A stretch of DNA of 64,000 bases. It comes from Felis catus (Eukaryota). Within the stretch, counting starts at the first letter, position 1. Every line of letters starts with the position of its first letter. The DNA lies in assembly GCF_018350175.1 (NCBI RefSeq), contig NC_058368.1, forward strand, positions 97,218,001 to 97,282,000, read 5' to 3'. A program made the position numbers and the translations under genes. This document shows, one piece after another, positions 25,474 to 38,795 of the stretch. Below the pieces are notes generated by a model, which did no database searches, was not told where the DNA came from, and saw nothing but the letters and a program-made list of their open reading frames with translations.

Positions 25474-26315
25474 ATTCTCTCCCTTCCTGCCCTCCCCTCT
25501 CCTCCTGTTCCTGTTCCTCTTCTCTCCCAACCTTTCCTTCCCCCATATTCTCCCTCCCTCAAAACACTGCACCACAAACCCCCTACTCTTGATTCTCTCC
25601 AGAGAAACTAACCACTTCAACTCTCTTACATTCATCTTCCAGAATTACAATACTTCTAATGTAGAATAGTTCACATGCTTACTCTGTAGCATCTGCTTTT
25701 AACACCTTGTCTGAATATAGGAGTAAAAATAAAAATAAAGCATCGAGATCTCACATGAAACCTTTGCAGATTTACAGGAAAGCAACAGAAACATAACCAC
25801 TTTTGCTTTTGTCTCTGGCATGCATCTTCATTAGCCCTACTCTCACCCAGATGTAAACAATTCTAGGAAGGTGTAAAGAACAACCCAAAGTGAGAAGCTT
25901 CTGAATCTGAGGTGAGTCCGATCCAGGGCTTTGGAGGCCTCCTCCATTCTACTGCTTCTTTCCGTTGTCCCTTATGATACAACTCATGAACCCTTAAAGG
26001 GTTTGTTTATTCTTAACCAGGTTACTATACGTTCCTTGGTGTCTCTTCGAGACAGACACTCTTCCTTCGGGGCACTCTGTTCATCATTCTTATACAATGA
26101 AATTTTTCCACAAGGACTCTAGTTGGAATCAAAACTGTGTAAAACGTTTCAAGTACAGACAGAAGCAACAGACTATGTCCACAATGGCCCTGCCTTGGCT
26201 CCCAGGAGCAAAGATTCTGAGATAAGCAACTCCGTTCATATTGAAACAGAAGTTTTTTTCTACCACAAACTTACACTAACACATCTAGCAACCTTCCATG
26301 CCCACAGTGAATACT

Positions 26316-26346
<31 letters not shown>

Positions 26347-26599
26347 GAAACAATACTCTTATGACTGTTAATCTATTTTCTGTACTGTTTTGGTAGACAT
26401 GGTAAGGGCAATATGTCAGCAGCTATACATACAATAATAAATAATCTAACAATACCACTGGGAATATCAAAACACTTCTCTTGGTATCCTCTTTGCCTAT
26501 AAGGAGTTCTATGTAAGTACTCGGCGGATTTTAAAACAAAATCTGTAGGCTCAAAGGATACCAGGAGCCAGAGAGGTAAGGTCACACAAGTGACCAATA

Positions 26600-26840
26600 G
26601 GCCAAGGAGAAGTAGACACCAGCCTACGTAAAGAGGGCAGACCACAATGACCATCCAACTGTTGCTGTGAAGGAATATAGGCTCAATCAGGCGAAATCTT
26701 TCAATTTTTTTAAAGAAGCCAGAAATTTGGGTTTTTTAAAAAGATTCCCCATGTGAAATGTTAGCAGCTTTTTTTTTTTTAATTAAACAGTGTGCAGGTT
26801 GTAAAAAGCATGTTATTTCATGAGCCACCAGTCTGTCATA
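26600..26840 (+). mobile_element. MER102-like hAT relic
   Basis: 'aaagaagccagaaatttgggttttt...aaatgttagcagc...aaacagtgtgcagg...gagccaccagt' resembles recalled MER102. Confidence 0.5.
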
Positions 26841-27712
26841 TCAACATATATAAAAATCATTCATCGTAGCCCCTCCACCTCTACCATCAGGGAGCAATTC
26901 TCTTGAATGCATCTGTGACGAAACCTAAAGAAGAAGTCCCACAAAATGGTGCCCCATTGACCACCTTTGATAGGACTACTGTATCTATCTATGGCATCCC
27001 CAGTGTGTGAGAGATCAAGGTGAACTAGGTTAAGAACGCAGACAGGCTTTATAGAAAGGTGTCTGGCCTTCTATAGACACCTGCACAGAATGCTATGGGG
27101 AGGGAACAAGGCTGGAGTATATCTTACCACAATATACAGCTGGAACCCTAACGGCTTGATCCCAGCTCCTGATCACACTGAGGGAAGGGCTGATTCTTCC
27201 CTCAATAATTTATCTACGAACTCCTACGTGCCCTTGTCTAGGCTCCTAGCCCAGAGCCTGCCACTCAGTACTCTTACATTTCTGTGCTCTGCTCCAGAAG
27301 ATGAAGAACAATGAGGAATTTACTTCTCCTTCTGCTCCTCCCCTCCTCCAGGTTTTCTCCAATACACATCATTACAGGCCTGGGGGTGCTCTGGTCAGCC
27401 ACTCCTGTGAGGTGTTTCAGTGGACCTAGCTGAGGTTTTAGGGAGAAAGCAAGGTCTAGGCTTCAGATAAGGTGGATTAAGAGAGTCTCTGAGGTTTAAA
27501 TATGGTCAAGCCCAGCTCCCTAGGGCTGAAGGTAAAATGGGGGTATAGAGAAGGCAGAAATCTAGCCACAAATGCATCACTAGCAACTTCCCTGGGTCAG
27601 AACTCTGGTAATCAGTGACAGAACAGGATCCAGTGAAGGAAAGTGAACTCAGATTCACAAGTAAGAATGGGAAGATAAGCATTTCTGTTACAATCACACC
27701 AAAGAATGTTGA

Positions 27713-27922
27713 GGGGCGCCTGGAGGGCGCAGGTCAAGAGCATCCAACTCTTGACCTTGGCTCAGGCCATCATCTCATGGTTCATTAGATCAAGCCCTGC
27801 ATTAGGCTCTGCACTGACACTGCAGAGCCTGCTTGGAATTGTCCCTTTCTCTCCTCTCTCTGCCCCTCCTCTGCTCTCTCTCGCTCCCTCAAAATAAACT
27901 TAAAAAAAAAAAAAAAAAAAAA
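27713..27922 (+). mobile_element. Can-SINE
   Basis: TSD caa(a/g)gaatgttga. Confidence 0.93.
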
Positions 27923-30900
27923 GCAAGGAATGTTGAAACATTACAATTTGCAGCTAAACCTTCAAGATCACCCAAGACCAGTTAGTGGAGTCTTGCTATT
28001 GTTTTATACATTCCTGCTGTCTCAAGTCAGCAGAAAAGTAGCTGGTTATAATACTGGTCAAAAAAGAGTAAGTTTTTCTAGAAAGATATTTTGACCTGTT
28101 AAAAGTTTCACCTTTCTTTGGTAAGGGAGAGAGAGGTCTCTGGGCTCTTCTGAAGTTTTCAAGTAAGAAGAAAAGATAACCACAATTATAAATGAAATGG
28201 TAAGTTGTCTAATTACCTGCAGGACTCATGAAAATGCTGAAAAGGTAAGACTTACTGAGTTCATTAAGACAGAGTGCATTATTGAGGAGTTGAATTTAGA
28301 TGAAAAGGAAAGATAACTGTGAAATAAAATTAACATAAAAAAGGTTTAGCAATTATTTTGTCACAGACGTTGAGCAAAACATGAAGACTTGATTTTTTTT
28401 TCTGGCCAAAAAAAACTGAATGTTACAGAAAATATTAAAGGTTAGTAATCAAACACATCAGAATAAATCCCCAATTCTCTGAAGCCTTACAAAGTTGAAG
28501 TGCCTGACTCATAAGTAATGTAAATGTTGGCTTTTTCAAATCGCTGGAATCCTTCATGAGGAGTTCACGCTACATGGGCAATTAGGCTTGATGTATAGAA
28601 ATGGTGAAGTACTTGGGTTTTCTTTTTAACTCAAAAGCAACAAACTATAATTTACTCACTGTAGTTTCACAGTAAAAGTAGGTTGAGTTCCATTTTCTAC
28701 TATTCTGAGCTAAAATTTTGGGGTACCTTAATAAATCAAGAAATAATTTTCTCATCTTTAAGAATATTCCAGAAACATTTCTAAAAATATTGAAGAATAT
28801 ATATGTAACCTCCTGACCTGATTATTATGATGGGGACCTTGGGGTGTATATATAGGGAGGCGTTTTTAAAGACATCACATCAATAATTTTAAAAAACTTT
28901 TCTATCATGAGTAATTAATACATAAAAGAATCTGTGTGACCCAGGGAGGGGCTTAATATTCTCAAGACTGACGGCTACGAGGATACCATTTCGAGGGCTT
29001 AAACTCTCCCTCCTCTGAACTACCTTCCATTCCCTGCTTCGCTCCTACCTCCAGTCTATGAGGGTCTTTATACATTAGGGAATATCTATTTTTATTTTCT
29101 TCACCACGTGTGTTTGGCCTTTTTGAGAGAGCACATCTCTCTCACATCAGGAGCTCCGGAGACACAATAAGGAAAAAAACCCATCTAGAAAGACAACCCT
29201 GATACAGCCCACAGGACTGTTGTGACCCCAGGCAGCGTCTCCACATCCAGAGCACACTTTGTGTGTGAGGAGGATGTGCGTATGAGTCGGCCTGCTCCGG
29301 GCTCCACAGGGCTTCCTTTGTGTGCTGTAACCGTTAATGTACCTGTCAGATGCTCTTAAGGGCTCCTCCTCTCCTAGTCCTGAGAGCTTCACTCTAACAG
29401 CTCTCCTCAGGCGGGGTTGACCCTTGTATCCTAACCCAATGGCCAACTATTAGCCGGTCCATCTTTGGCACTCGGCTGGAAATGGTCACAGTATAAAGCC
29501 AAGGGGGAGTAACTGGGGAGTGGACAGTAAGGCTTTAAGCAAAAAACCCTTAAATAACAAATTTAGCCTTTCTCCTTCAAAAGGCAGCACACACATTCTT
29601 AAATTCCACATAATGCAGGGAGCACTGTTTCACTTTGTGCATCCTGACTCTTGAGCAAGTCCAACACTCTGAGAGCACAATTCCCAATATTATAACATAG
29701 GTTTTGTCATTCATTTCCTCCTTAATGGGAGAAGATCCACCGTTGACATGACGTTTGAGGTGATGACATGGAATCTGTTGCAGAATTTCTACTGGGAATT
29801 TTAAAGTCTGACAATCATAAGCCTGGCTTATAATGCAACGAGGCAAAGTCACTCTCAGAATAAAAAAGAGAGAAGGAGAGAGAGAACTTTTCTGCATTTT
29901 TTTCAAATACATGGGCAAATAAGTTCAAAGAGGAACAGGAAGCTGATGCAAGAAGTGTATCGTCTGAAATACTGCAATTTTGTATGGTTGATTGGGGAGA
30001 TCCTAGCTAGTCACAATAAGAATTGCATTTGTGAATTAGGAAACCTAGATTCATATTTTAATCATTTGAGAAAATGTTTTGCAGAAAGAAGAGATCAGAG
30101 ATGAGCCATTTCTTACCTAACTTCGCTTACTTACTCTATGCAGTCTAATATAAAAGATTAAAAGCATTTCTGTTAGACATATGATGCTCATTACTGAACA
30201 ATTATTTTAGGATTCTTCCTACATCGCCCTGTTTTCTTTTCCATATTATAACAATATATTTGAGAAATGTTTGCCTATGTGTTTCTTCATAAATTTTTTT
30301 ACACCTGCCTATTCATAAATATCTAAATAATTAAAGAAAAAGATCTCACCATTAGCCTGGAAAGATGTGTCGCTTCCTTTGGTGTGTGTTATGTATAGAA
30401 GAAGTACTTCTAACCAGAAAATATTTTTCTAGCCTCACCTTTTGGGGGAAACTCTGTATTCACATCAAGTAATGCTGCAACAACTCCAGATAACAAGCAC
30501 TCAAGCTCCTTCTGATTCTATTTTAAAAGAGATTGTTTTGACAGCTCTAATTGTGGCATACAGAAATGCCAGTCAGGTAGCTGAACTTGCAGTTCAAAGA
30601 CTACCCTGCAGGACTGGAGCTATTAAATATTAAATGTGAGCATTAAGAACATCATACATTTTACATAGAATATTTTGGTTCCAACATGTTTTCCTCACTG
30701 AAATCATTGGTCAGTCCAATCCCTTGCTTCTATCTTCCCTGAATTATGCACTAGGCAAGGCATTTTCCTGTAGAAATCAGCAAGTTAACTGGAACAGCCT
30801 CTCTACAGGAAGGCCCTGTCAACATATATTACAGTCCTTTTTCTGAATTCTACTCTGATGATAATAAAGTGAAGGACGTTAAGAAAAGAAAATTAATTTT

Positions 30901-31415
30901 CTTTATAAGAAACATCTAATGGAGCTTTTATTCACTCCTGACAGAGATGCACCACATGTGGAGAGCAACATCCTGGGCTCGGGAGGAAAAATCAGATTCT
31001 ATTCCCCATTCAAAGAGGAAGTGGATGTGATATGGTTTCTAAAATGATAAATTAAAGAATTAACAACCAGATCACAAGAATTGAAGCAAATATTTTAATC
31101 AAACAAGGTATTTAAAATATTACTATTGTGGTAGCCTTCCTTATAAAGATCCAGACAGGATTAAAGAATTTACTAAAAACTACTGATGCCCACCACTGTG
31201 ATTAAGAGTATTCTGGGGTTTTTTGGTCCAGTAGACATTTATAACTATAAAAAGAGAATTAACTGGAGAATGAACTGGTGTACAAGCTGGCTTTTTTAAG
31301 TACAAGACTTGTTTTTTTAGAAACAAGCATTTAGATCCTATAAATGTCCTATCAGTATCAAATTTTCCCATCTAAAATCCAAAATATTGGAAAACTCAAA
31401 TAGTTAGATTTTTTT

Positions 31416-31651
31416 TTTTAAACATTTACCTTTCTTAAATTTTTTTTTCAACGTTTATTTATTTTGGGGACAGAGAGAGACAGAGCATGAACGGGGGAGG
31501 GGCAGAGAGAGAGGGAGACACAGAATCGGAAACAGGCTCCAGGCTCTGAGCCATCAGCCCAGAGCCTGACGCGGGGCTCGAACTCCCGGACCGCGAGATC
31601 GTGACCTGGCTGAAGTCGGACACTTAACCGACTGCGCCACCCAGGTGCCCC
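31416..31651 (-). mobile_element. Young felid Can-SINE
   Basis: CpG-rich; TSD tcaaatagttagattttttt (31396-31415/31652-31671). Confidence 0.96.
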
Positions 31652-31877
31652 TCAAATAGTTAGATTTTTTTATGTGCATCAATATACTTAAGACAGTGCC
31701 TGACACCAACTAGGTGATAACTGTGTATTTGTTGAATGAAAGATAAGGTGAATTAAAAAATGAAGAAAGTCAAGGTCTGCATGGTATATCTTTTCCCATC
31801 CTTTTAATGTTAACCTTGTCTTTGTCATGACTGGTGCTTCTTATAAAATGCATACAGTTGGGTCTAGCTTTACTAGT

Positions 31878-32400
31878 GATCACTAATGGTTAAGGAAATG
31901 CACATCAAAGCCACAATGAAATACCATGTCACACTTACTAGAATGGCTATCATCAAGGGGACAAGAGAGAAGTGTTGTTGAGGATGTTGAGGAAAGGGAA
32001 CCCTTCTACACAGTAGGTAGGAATGTAAAATGGTACAGCCATTATAGAAAACAGTATGGAAGTTCCTCAAAAAAACTAACACATGACCCAGCAATCCCAC
32101 TCCTGCGTATATATCCAAAGAATTAAAATTGGAATGTCAAAGAGATAGCTGCACCCCATGTCACTGCAGCATTATTCACAACAGCCAAGATATGGAAACA
32201 ACCTAGATAAAGCAAATGTGGTATGTGTGTGTATGTATACATATACATGTGTCCATACGTGTACATGTGTCCTTATGTGTATGTATACATATATATACCT
32301 GCAATGAAATATAACTTAGTCATAAAAAAGGAAATCCTGCCATTTACAAACAACATGAATAAACCCAGAGAACATTAGGCTATGTGAAATAAGCCAGAAA
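31878..32400 (+). mobile_element. Old L1 ORF2-end fragment
   Basis: 'ggaaatgcacatcaaagccacaatgaaatacc...gacccagcaatcccactcctg...tatgtgaaataagccag'. Confidence 0.85.
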
Positions 32401-32403
32401 AAG

Positions 32404-32930
32404 ACCAGAGAAGGGAGAAGGGATGGAAGTTACATCAATAACCAATCACCACTGAATTCATCAATCATACCTATGTAATGAAGTCTCCATAAAAATCCAA
32501 AAGGACAGGGTTCAGAGAGCTCCCAAGTTTGGAGATACAGGGAGAGTGGTGCACTCAGAGAGTAAGGAAGCTTCGAGCCCTTTGTCACATACCCTGCCCT
32601 ATGCATCTCTTCCATCTAGGTGGTAATCTAGTAAGTAAAATGTTTCTCTGAGTTCTGTGAGCAGCTCTAGGAAATGAATCAAACCTAAGGAAAGGATCGT
32701 TGGAAATTCCAATCTACAGCTGGTTGGTCAGAAGCACAGGTGGCAACTTGGACTTGAGATTGGTGTCTGAGGCAGCGGGTACAGGGGGAGGTCCTGTAGG
32801 ACTGAGACCTTAATGTGTGGGATCACGTTACACCAACTCCAGGTAGTATCAAAACTGAGTTAAATTTGGTGGAACACCAGATCAGTGTCCACAGAGAACT
32901 GACTTAATTGCTTGGCAGTGTGGAAAGCAC
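32404..32930 (+). mobile_element. MER21-like LTR
   Basis: 'atcaatcatacctatgtaatgaagtctccataaaaa...gggttcagagagct...ccctatgcatctcttccatct...tctgagttctgtgagc'. Confidence 0.65.
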
Positions 32931-33039
32931 ACACACACACAATGAACAAACCCTTGCACTCTTTTAAAATTCATGGTCAGTCATCAACAGGGTGACTGTG
33001 TTACACTTTGCACATTACTGTGTCTCTTTACTGTTTTTC

Positions 33040-33970
33040 CAGTATCCCGTCCAACAGATGGAATGATCTTCATTTATATAATAAATTAGATGATCAACCC
33101 AATTATACATTAACTCTCCCACCTTCTGAAGGTTTCCCTCACCATAACTACAACCTGCTGTCCCTTTGGGACACTGCTTCAATGGTAGCCCTCTCAAGGG
33201 GAGGCTGCTTTTCCTGTCACAGTTTCCTCTTTGATGGCCACTATCACTTTCCATCCAACTCTCTTGCTCCCTCCTCCTTTTTCATTAAAAACCTCTACCC
33301 ATCTGCAATGTATTATTTGACTTTATTACCTCTTAGCCTCCTCATTGACATCATCTATTAACCTCCACTCACTTCCCCTCACTCATTGATGAATTCAATA
33401 CCTACATTCCACCACTAGTTTTATCCTTGGAAACGTCCATATCCAAAAAGTTTTCCATCCAATTCTATAGCTTCTTGATTCTTTACCTCATTAAGACCTC
33501 CAATCAATGACCACACCAGTGTTTCAGTATCCATGGTCCAGATGTTCTTCTTCCTTCCTTATCCAGCCTAGAATCTATGGTCTAGCATTTTGACACACTA
33601 CCTTACTTTGTCTCCTTCCCCTGTGCTTATCTAACAACACCCCAATCCAATGGGGTGCTTACTCGGGAACTACATGCCACAGCAGAACATGGCACGTGCA
33701 CACATACATAAATCACATAACCATCCTGACCAGATCTACTTCAAATTCATACTCACGTATCTGAAAGGGGCACACCACAATGCCAAACAATCCTACTGCC
33801 TCCTCTGGTAAATCCACTCTCTAGATAAATATTTTGTGTCTTCTCTCTCCATACATACATCTCAGTATCCCTCTTCATGCCTCCTTGAGAACTTTGCCAC
33901 TTTCCTCACTATAAAAAATGCAATTAGATAAAAATTGTCTCTTTTTCCTTCAAACAAGTCTACCAGTCTA
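33040..33970 (+). mobile_element. L2 relic
   Basis: C/T-rich decayed sequence with an L2 ORF2-like texture. Confidence 0.5.
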
Positions 33971-34059
33971 CCAAGATAGCTATCGTTAATAACCCATATG
34001 TCTTTAAAAATTCTTCTCCTTTAATCCCTATGAACTATTAGTTTTCTGAAAAATTCCTT

Positions 34060-34175
34060 GGGTGCCTGGCTGGCTCAGTTGGTAAAGCACACAACTCTTG
34101 ATCTCAGGGTTGTGAGTTCAAGCCCCACCACACTGGGTGTAGAGATTTCTTTAAAAAAAAATAATGCCTTTTTAA
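34060..34175 (+). mobile_element. Short tRNA-derived Can-SINE variant lacking the CT region
   Basis: tRNA-like head through 'ctgggtgtagagatt' then an A tail; TSD aaaaat(t/c)cctt. Confidence 0.85.
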
Positions 34176-34189
34176 AAAATCCCTTAGGA

Positions 34190-34571
34190 GGTTAGTATCC
34201 AAAACATATAAAGAATTTATACAACTCAACACCAAGAAATAATCCAATTAAAAAATGGGCGGAAGATAGGAACAGACATTTACCCAAAGAAGATATCTAT
34301 ATGGTCACCAGTCACACAAAAAGATGCTCAAAATCACTCATCATCAAAGAAAGGCAAGTGAAAACCATAATGAGATATCACCTCACACCTGTCAGAATGG
34401 CTAAAGTCAAAAACTCAAGAGTCTGGAGTGTATGTGGCTCAGTTGGTTAAGTGTCTGACTCTTGATTTCAGCTCAGGTCATGATCTCACTGTTGATGAAA
34501 TCGAGCCTCACATTTGGCTCTACCCTGAAATGACAGAACCTCCTTAGGATTCATTCTTTCTCTCTCCCTCC

Positions 34572-34631
<60 letters not shown>

Positions 34632-34695
34632 GTCCCTCCTTCCCCTCTCTCTCCTCTCTCTCCCTCTCTCCCTCCCCTACTCATGCGTGTGCACA

Positions 34696-34741
<46 letters not shown>

Positions 34742-35079
34742 GTCTCTTAAAATAAATAAAACATTTAAAAAACACACAAGAATCAACAGGTGTTCGTGAG
34801 GATGTAGAGAAAAAGGAACACTCATGCATTCCTGGTGGGAACAGAAACTGATGCAGTAACTGGAGAAAACAGTATGAAGATTCCTCAAAAAGTTAAAAAC
34901 AGAACTATCTATGATCCAGTAATCATACCATCATTCTTTGGTATATAACCAAAGAATAAGAAAACACTAATTCGAAAAGATACATGCACCATTATGTTTA
35001 CTGCAGCATTATTTACAATACCCAAATTATGGAAGCAGTCCAAGTGCCCATCGAATAATGAATAAAGAAGAGGTGGTGC

Positions 35080-35132
<53 letters not shown>

Positions 35133-35521
35133 TATATATATAGAATATTATTCAGCCATAAAAAAGAATGAGATCTTGCCATGTGCAACAACATGATGGA
35201 GCTAAAGAGTATAATGCTAAGTAAAATAAGTCAGTCAGAAAAAAACAAATACCATATGATTTCACTCATATCTGAAATTTAAGAAACAAAACAGACAAAA
35301 AAGAAACAAGCCAAAAAACAGATTCTTAACTACAGAGAACAAACAGATGATTACCAGAGGGGAGGTGGGTGAAGGGATGGGTAAAATAGGTGATTGGGAT
35401 TAAGAGTACACTTACCCTGCTGAGCACTGAGTAATGTATAGAATTGTTGAATCACTAAATTATAGACTTGAAACCAATATAACACTGTATGCTAATGATA
35501 CTGGAATTAAAAAAAAAAAAA
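34190..35521 (+). mobile_element. Carnivore L1 3' portion interrupted by a SINE and (TA)n
   Basis: 'gttagtatccaaaacatataaagaa...aaatgggcggaag' through the 3' UTR and poly(A) at ~35509-35521. Confidence 0.9.
34421..34770 (+). mobile_element. Can-SINE with an expanded CT tract, inside L1
   Basis: Head 'gtggctcagttggttaagtgtctgac' and a ~190-nt pyrimidine-rich tract. Confidence 0.92.
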
Positions 35522-35569
35522 GCTACCTGAAGAATTATTTATCTGCTGCTTCCTTCTCATCATTTAGCA

Positions 35570-35820
35570 CAGACCTGAATTTCATTTCCTCTAGCAAGGC
35601 CTTCCCCAACTGTGACTAAAGTCTCATCATACTCTATTCTAGGATGCTCTTCCATAGCAGTTATCAAGATCTAAAATTATGTTATCATGATATGTCTCCA
35701 ACAGCCACAACTTCAACTTCTCAGACATAGGGACTCTGTCATCCACATCACTCTAGCACCCAACACAGTGCCTGACACAGAGTAAAAGCTAAACAAAAAT
35801 ATCTACTAAATAAATAGTTT
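35570..35820 (+). mobile_element. L2 3' end
   Basis: 'cacagtgcctgacacagagtaaaagct...aatatctactaaataaat'. Confidence 0.55.
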
Positions 35821-37088
35821 ATTGAACTGATTAGTGAGAAATACGAAGTAAACAAAGATCTACGAATAGACATAAAAGACACAGATTACAGATACTTTTA
35901 CTATATACTATTAAAACCTCTTATGGATGCCCAAGCCTATTTTGCTACTAATATCGTCACGTCCATTATTCAAAATAATGGTAGGTGCATGCAGAGATAT
36001 ATTACCCAACAGACCCTGTTCTTTAATGCTAGGAATAATTCATACATTTCAAATTAAATATTTATGATATTTTAATAATGATGTTATTGAGGATCACCAA
36101 GAAAATAAAACATAGCAATTATATTTTCAAAAACATTTCAAATAATGTTTGCTATCAACAAAAAATAGTAAAGCCATTATGCAAAATAACTATTGAGTCA
36201 TTAGGAACTTAACTATTTCTTTTAAAGTGGAAATTAAATTTAACATTGCATTAATAATTAAGTGAATATTAGGTATTATAAATCACACATGTCTAGTTCT
36301 AAGTAAACACTATTATCATATACCAAGAGTAAAGACATTAACAAACTCTCAAGCTAAAATAAGTACTAATACTCTTAAAAATGATAAAATCAATTAGCAC
36401 AAATGAAAAATCAAAGTGACATCATAAACCATTTTTCCTACTTTAAGTTACTGAATAAACACTTCACAAATTAAAGGAACAATCAATTTGTTAATGCATG
36501 TTACCTTATAAACATTCCTTATTTCAACTAATCTTTACTTTTACCTTATTCATTAAATGAATATTTTTCTTTTATATGAGACTATATATGTCACAGGTGA
36601 AAGTACCTGCCACATGGAATTTGCCACAAAGAATTTGAACTTATGAGAGTTCTGAGAGTTACTAACAAAATAAGTATTAAAATATGCTGTTAAAACATTT
36701 CTTTCATTTCCATAATATCAGATATTCCAGAAACAGGAAAAAGGGAAGCTTACATTTTAGATCCAGGTTTTTCATGTACATTTTAAAAATTTCTTCACTG
36801 ATTTTATTAAGAAAAAGGCAACTTTAGAAGTAAAACTATTTAATAAATACAAAATGATAGGCAGTTATGTTTATAAAATCTGATGACCATATTGTAAATT
36901 ATTGCCATTTTCATATCAACTAATGTTTCCCATAAAATTACATATAAAAAATGTAATAAGTGATTTTTCACCTTGTAAATAACATATGTGGAGAGAGATT
37001 AATAAATGCTATTAGTATGCAAAATCAGTGAGGAGTACAGGGGTAATGACAAAAATCCTGAGGCAGACGTACTTTTAAAAATGTTTCA

Positions 37089-37810
37089 AGGTCTCTTTAA
37101 AAAATTAAAAGTCGAACTACCATACAATCCAGAAATTCCAGTTCTGGGTATTTAACTGCAGAAAGCAACAACACTAATTTGAAAAGATACATGCACCCCT
37201 ATGTTCACTGCAGCATTATTTGCAATAGCCAAATTACAGAAGCAGCCCAAGGGTCCATCAATGGATGAATGGATAAAGAAGATGTGGAATTATATAATGG
37301 AGTGCTACTTAGTCATAAAAAAGAATGAACTGTTGCCATTTGCAACAACAACATAAATGGACCTTGAAGATATTATACTAAATGAAATAAGCCAAACAAC
37401 AAAAGACAAATACCATACGATATCACTTACCTATGGAATCTAAAAAGCAAACCAAACAAAACACAAAGAGAAAAGAATGGTGGTTGCCAGAGGAGAGGGG
37501 GCTTGGGAAGTAGGCAAAATGGGTAGCTGTGTTCAAGAGATACAAACTTCCAGTTATAAAATAAGTAAGTCATGGGAATGTAATGTACAGCATAGTGACT
37601 ATAGTCAATACTGTATTGCATATTTGAATGTTATCAAGAGAGTATATCGTAAAGTTCTCATCACAAGAAAAAAAGTTTATAATTTCATACGATAACAAAT
37701 GATAACTAGGTTTACTGTGATCATCTCATGGTGTACACAAATATCACTCAAATCACTAAAAACACGAGAAACTAATTAATGTTTTATGTCAATTATACTT
37801 CAATTAAAAT
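37089..37810 (+). mobile_element. L1 (L1MA9-like) 3' end
   Basis: ORF2 end plus 3' UTR 'tacaaacttccagttataaaataagtaagtcatggga...tcaattatacttcaatt'. Confidence 0.88.
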
Positions 37811-38329
37811 GAGGGAATGAAGAAGAATGCTTTCATTTCTTAACATACCTTTAAATAAGAGTAAACTATAATTTCTTATTCAAAGGCTACCTACCTCAGT
37901 TTTTTAAAAATTCTTACATTAAAAAGTTTCTTTAAAAAATTCTTATGTTGTTGATTCACGTGAACAATTATTCAAGACTAGTAAGTGATTACATGTTTCT
38001 CTAGTGTAGAGAAAGGGAGAGTAAGGGAGTAAGGGAGTAGAGTAGAGTAAGGGAGACAAGTCAGCAGCACAGAGTAAGTGCCTGATTTTCTGCACAAATT
38101 TCAAAAATAAAATTGTAAGCTGTGAAGACTACTACATGATCTTTTTAAAAAAACCACTTATGCAAGGATACACAAATAATTTGTACACATTAAAAAAAAC
38201 ACAACAGTAGACAGGATAAGGATACTAGAAAAGGAAAGAGGACAGGGAGAGTGAGGAGAAGGGAGAGGAGGAATCTGGGAAGAAGAAAGTATGAGGAGAA
38301 AGGAGGGGGAACATGGCAGCTGTAGTCGA

Positions 38330-38795
38330 TAACACTGGACCGTATAACTGAAATCTGCCACAACAGTAGAACTTAAATGTTATCACACACACGAAAAAAC
38401 ATTTCTACGTGAGGTGATGGATGTGTTAACTTGATGCAGAGACTCCTTTTACAATGAATATGTATATCGTATCATCATGTTGTACATTTTTTTTTTTCCA
38501 ACGTTTATTTATTTTTGGGACAGAGAAAGACAGCATGAACGGGCGAGGGGCAGAGAGAGAGGGAGACACAGAATCGGAAACAGGCTCCAGGCTCTGAGCC
38601 ATCAGCCCAGAGCCCGGCGCGGGGCTCGAACTCACGGACCGCGAGATCGTGACCTGGCTGAAGTCGGACGCTTAACCGACTGCGCCACCCAGGCGCCCCT
38701 CATGTTGTACATTTTAAATACCTCACAATTTTATTTGTCAATGATTCCTTAATAAAGCTAAAAAAAAGAAAAAGAAAAAGAAAAAGGAAAAAGAA
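38330..38795 (+). mobile_element. Old L1 3' UTR fragment interrupted by a young SINE
   Basis: 'gtgaggtgatggatgtgttaac...atcatgttgtaca...ttttatttgtcaat...aataaagct' plus an A tail. Confidence 0.75.
38491..38699 (-). mobile_element. Very young felid Can-SINE
   Basis: Intact A/B boxes, CpGs retained, perfect 16-bp TSD tcatgttgtacatttt (38475-38490/38700-38715). Confidence 0.97.

Noticed and set aside
25301..25669. 122-aa ORF with THTHTH repeats, and the antisense VCVC ORFs
   Set aside because: Produced by a (CA)n microsatellite and a pyrimidine tract lacking stop codons.
34060..34140. tRNA-like sequence
   Set aside because: It has a SINE-type 5' end, A tail and TSD, so it is a tRNA-derived SINE rather than a tRNA gene.
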